A stretch of DNA of 10,296 nucleotides from Candidatus Zixiibacteriota bacterium (GTDB lineage Bacteria; Zixibacteria; MSB-5A5; CAIYYT01), in NCBI GenBank assembly GCA_040235515.1, contig JBECKX010000140.1, positions 1 to 10,296 on the forward strand, given 5' to 3'. Position numbers and translations under genes: made by a program. Below are positions 8,008-10,296 of the stretch, one piece after another. Numbering within the stretch: position 1 is the first letter of the stretch; the number at the start of each line of letters is the position of its first letter. The notes below the pieces were generated by a model that did no database searches, was not told the origin of the DNA, and saw only the letters and a list, made by a program, of their open reading frames with translations.

Positions 8008-8940
8008 TTACGCCAGTTTGAGTGCTCCCCGCAAACGAGCACTGCGAGAACGAGGGTTAACCTCGATCTCGTCAGACGTCGCCATAAGCGCTCTCTTATT
8101 TACTCTCTTCAAAACCGGAGACAGTCCGCAGACGCATTGAGGCAGTTGCGGCGGACACGTGCAGGGATTTTCCTGCGCCCGGAAGAAGTTCTTTACTAGC
8201 CTGTCTTCCAATGAATGGAAGCTGATCACGGCGATCACGCCACCGGGCTGCATCCAGGCCGGCAGCTTCGCGAGCAGGCTCGTCAATTGTTCGAGCTCGC
8301 GATTGCACCAGATTCGCAGCGCCTGCCAGACCTGAGCCATGAACTGGCTCTGCCTGCCACGTCCTCGAAACTTCTCGAGGATGCGACGGAGGTCCCCCAC
8401 CGTTTGCAGCGTGCCGGCATCGGCGGCCGACTTGATCTCGGCCGCAACTTGATTGGCGCGCGGAATCTCTCCATAGTCGCGCAGAGCCTGCAACAGCTCA
8501 TGGGGCGCTGTGTGTGCGATCATCGTGGTAACCGGTTCACCCCGCGAGGGGTCGAATCGCATATCCAATGGCTCTGAGTCGCGCTGGAAAGAGAATCCAC
8601 GCTCCGAATGATCAAGCTGTAATGAGGAAAGACCCAGATCCGCCAGCGCGAATCCGATCCGGCCCTTTAGCTCGGACGGCAGATGCCGCTCGAAATTGGC
8701 ATAGGAATCATGCACCAGCTCTACCTGGCCTGAGTACTTCGCAAGTCGCTTGTTCGTGGTAGCAAGTGCAGTCATATCCCTGTCGAATCCGTAGAGCCGG
8801 GTTTCCTTCCCAAGTTTGTTTAAGATCGCTTCTGCATGCCCCCCTGCTCCGACCGTGAAATCAATCACGACCGTCGCATCGTCGGGGACGAGGCTGAGTA
8901 CTTCAGTCAGTAGAACCGGAGTGTGAAGAGGTGTCTCCAC
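8008..8940 (-). CDS. rsmH: 16S rRNA m4C1402 methyltransferase RsmH (MraW)
   Basis: HTPVLL, DFTVGAGGH SAM-binding motif, DLGLSSLQLD..RGFSF, PLDMR, YGE, QALRI..NxEL, ISFHSLEDR and NPRSRSARLR. Start moved to GTG 8940 (GGAGAGG just upstream; five codons before HTPVL); 310 aa. Confidence 0.97.
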   Translation of the reverse strand: METPLHTPVLLTEVLSLVPDDATVVIDFTVGAGGHAEAILNKLGKETRLYGFDRDMTALATTNKRLAKYSGQVELVHDSYANFERHLPSELKGRIGFALADLGLSSLQLDHSERGFSFQRDSEPLDMRFDPSRGEPVTTMIAHTAPHELLQALRDYGEIPRANQVAAEIKSAADAGTLQTVGDLRRILEKFRGRGRQSQFMAQVWQALRIWCNRELEQLTSLLAKLPAWMQPGGVIAVISFHSLEDRLVKNFFRAQENPCTCPPQLPQCVCGLSPVLKRVNKRALMATSDEIEVNPRSRSARLRGALKLA

Positions 8941-9382
8941 GTTGCCTCTCCCGGTTCTGCTCAAGTTCTTCCAACTCTTCCTGCTTCCGGATGTAGGCCT
9001 CGTAGGTCGCCTTCTGCCAGATCTCCAGATGATCCCCTGCACCACTGACCAGGACTTCGCCGTCCAGTCCGGCGTGTTCGCGCAGGTGTGGAGGTATCAC
9101 GATTCTGCCCTGCTTGTCCGGGACGCATTGTTCTGTATTTCCGAAGAGCTTTCGCCTCAAGTAAATTTCTCTCTCTGTCTCAATTGCCTTGCGCGATTTC
9201 ATTAAATCAGCTTTTTCTATAAATCCAGGCTCTGAGTACAAATCGAGGTTCTTATGTGAGCCGATTGTTACGTAGAATCTTTCAGAGCCTTGGTCGGCAG
9301 CCACCTGACGCATTTTCGCGGGGATCGCGATGCGACCCTTGTTATCGAGTGAGAGGCTGTAACGACCGGTAAAAAACTGCAT
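8903..9382 (-). CDS. mraZ: Transcriptional regulator MraZ
   Basis: From ATG 9382: MQFFTGRYSLSLDNKGRIAIPAKMR...DKQGRIVIPPHLREHAGL...VSGAGDHLEIW, two AbrB-like repeats each with DxxGR; first gene of the dcw cluster; 159 aa. Confidence 0.96.
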   Translation of the reverse strand: MQFFTGRYSLSLDNKGRIAIPAKMRQVAADQGSERFYVTIGSHKNLDLYSEPGFIEKADLMKSRKAIETEREIYLRRKLFGNTEQCVPDKQGRIVIPPHLREHAGLDGEVLVSGAGDHLEIWQKATYEAYIRKQEELEELEQNRERQRGDTSSHSGSTD

Positions 9383-9405
9383 AATGACTCGTGATGAGGT
9401 ACTTT

Positions 9406-9450
9406 CACCATTTCTCCCCATCTCGGTGGAATATTCACCTTCATCCCCCA
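9406..9450 (-). promoter_or_regulatory. MraZ operator: 10-bp-periodic TGG(G/T)G boxes
   Basis: Minus strand in 10-nt register reads TGGGGgatga AGGTGaatat tccaccgaga TGGGGagaaa TGGTGaaagt. This matches the TGGGN-N5 direct repeats that MraZ binds upstream of its own gene in E. coli and other bacteria. Confidence 0.8.
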
Positions 9451-9458
9451 CAAGTCAA
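9430..9458 (-). promoter_or_regulatory. Sigma70-like promoter of the dcw operon
   Basis: TTGACT (9458-9453), 17-nt spacer, AATATT (9435-9430; 4/6 to TATAAT); interleaved with the MraZ boxes about 50 nt upstream of the mraZ ATG. Confidence 0.65.
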
Positions 9459-9645
9459 GAAAAAACCTGTAGTTACGCCTAATAAATTCCTGTATGGGCA
9501 AGCCCCCATAGCTATTGCAGTTATACCTGAAGTTTTGGGCCAAATCACGGCTCCAGCAGCCTGCACCCACCTCGTTCACTAATGAAACTTACATAACCCG
9601 CTTATTGTTAGTGCTTTATAGCAATCATTCTTCGCTCTTAGATCC

Positions 9646-9661
9646 CGGCATCCCCCTTGCA
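9646..9661 (+). promoter_or_regulatory. Putative sigma54 (RpoN) -24/-12 promoter
   Basis: CGGCATCCCCCTTGCA versus consensus TGGCAC-N5-TTGCW, with GG (9647-9648) and GC (9659-9660) exactly 10 nt apart; correctly oriented and ending 43 nt before the ATG at 9705. Confidence 0.65.
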
Positions 9662-9704
9662 TTTACTCCTGTGGCAGCGAACGCAGTGGGGAAGGATTTA
9701 AGAG

Positions 9705-10296
9705 ATGAACAGCATAAGGAACTTCGTGATTGGGGCAGCTCTCTGCCTGGGTATATTTGCTCTGGTATTGGCAATTGTCCCCTGGAGCGTGGATGCTGCG
9801 GCTAGCCTGGCAGTCTCATTCTCACCACATGACTTCCAGGTCGAGCAGCAACCCGGTAGCCTCGGCACTCGCATTACTTTAACTGGCGCACAGAGTTACG
9901 AACTTCCGGGCGCTCCGGAACAGCCCATTGTCATTCAGCGCTATCGCATCGTTCGGGGAGAATTGCAGACGGTCCGGGTTCAGAAGGCTGGGCCGATCAT
10001 GCTTTCGGCGACGGCATTCACCACCTCGCTGAACAACCTCACCACCTATTCCGGGGATGAAAACCTTCCAGCAACACATTATGACGACAGAATTGCCGAG
10101 CAGCGGCAAAGCGACAAGAATGTCGCCGACCAGCCCCTGCTGACACAATTTGACACTGAGCGTGGAAAGATCGCCGTGGTTGCGCTGAGGCCAACAGAGT
10201 TCGACCCGGAAGCGGGGACGATCTATGGTTTCCAACAACTGCACGTGACCTTCGTCGGATCAGCCGACCTTGAAGTGGAGCCAGTGACTGCGGATC
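9705..10296 (+). CDS. Secreted protein, N-terminal fragment; probable C25 (gingipain-family) cysteine peptidase propeptide region (runs off the right edge)
   Basis: Not in the ORF track. Hand translation gives 197 open codons: MNSIRNFVIGAALCLGIFALVLAIVPWSVDA-AASLAVSFSPHDFQV...LPGAPEQPIVIQRYRI...IAVVALRPTEFDPEAGTIYGFQQLHVTF. AAGGA SD at 9692-9696, 8 nt before ATG; Sec-type signal peptide with VDA cleavage site. GxPxxP and Pxx(F/Y)(D/N)PxxGxI motifs resemble C25 propeptides as I recall them. Coding status is well supported; the family call is moderate because no catalytic domain is visible. Confidence 0.7.
   Translation, partial: MNSIRNFVIGAALCLGIFALVLAIVPWSVDAAASLAVSFSPHDFQVEQQPGSLGTRITLTGAQSYELPGAPEQPIVIQRYRIVRGELQTVRVQKAGPIMLSATAFTTSLNNLTTYSGDENLPATHYDDRIAEQRQSDKNVADQPLLTQFDTERGKIAVVALRPTEFDPEAGTIYGFQQLHVTFVGSADLEVEPVTAD

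Noticed and set aside
8941..9045. 35-residue N-terminal extension of RsmH in the ORF track
   Set aside because: Arg-rich off-frame read of mraZ; homology begins at HTPVL and a GTG with SD sits at 8940.
9130..9300. Visibly more AT-rich stretch inside mraZ as a possible foreign insert
   Set aside because: Frame is intact between the two AbrB-like repeats at normal spacing; no flanking repeats or mobility genes.
9383..9451. 23-residue N-terminal extension of MraZ in the ORF track
   Set aside because: Starts inside the predicted promoter/operator, upstream of the likely TSS; the family-typical start MxxFxGxY is at 9382.
9268..9805. Short ORFs across the divergent intergenic region (9268-9579 -, 9391-9582 +, 9515-9805 +)
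   Set aside because: They overlap promoter elements or real genes out of frame and show no protein-like features.
9879..10244. 121-aa minus-strand ORF
   Set aside because: Antisense to the better-supported plus-strand gene starting at 9705, which has SD, signal peptide and promoter.
1..10296. CRISPR array, tRNA/rRNA, IS element, intein, frameshift or a novel multi-gene system
   Set aside because: None seen by eye: dcw genes are of normal length with intact motifs and canonical order, and no extra gene is inserted in the cluster. A small ncRNA in the two spacers cannot be excluded without an Infernal search.

Overview
Mostly a conserved housekeeping locus: the 5' part of a bacterial division and cell wall (dcw) cluster on the minus strand, in the order mraZ-rsmH-ftsL-ftsI-murE-murF-mraY-murD-ftsW (ftsW cut by the left edge). 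Most genes are tightly coupled by stop/start overlaps. A 322-bp divergent intergenic region (9383-9704) holds a sigma70-like mraZ promoter interleaved with 10-bp-periodic MraZ-type boxes and, facing the other way, a good sigma54 -24/-12 match. That second promoter precedes a plus-strand gene missing from the ORF track (9705 to the right edge), which encodes a signal-peptide protein resembling the propeptide of C25 (gingipain-family) proteases. The other oddity is a structured 108-bp gap between rsmH and ftsL. Protein motifs suggest a diderm, meso-DAP organism, possibly FCB-related (inference). I see no mobile element, CRISPR array, RNA gene or clearly novel multi-gene system; the points of interest are regulatory and modest.
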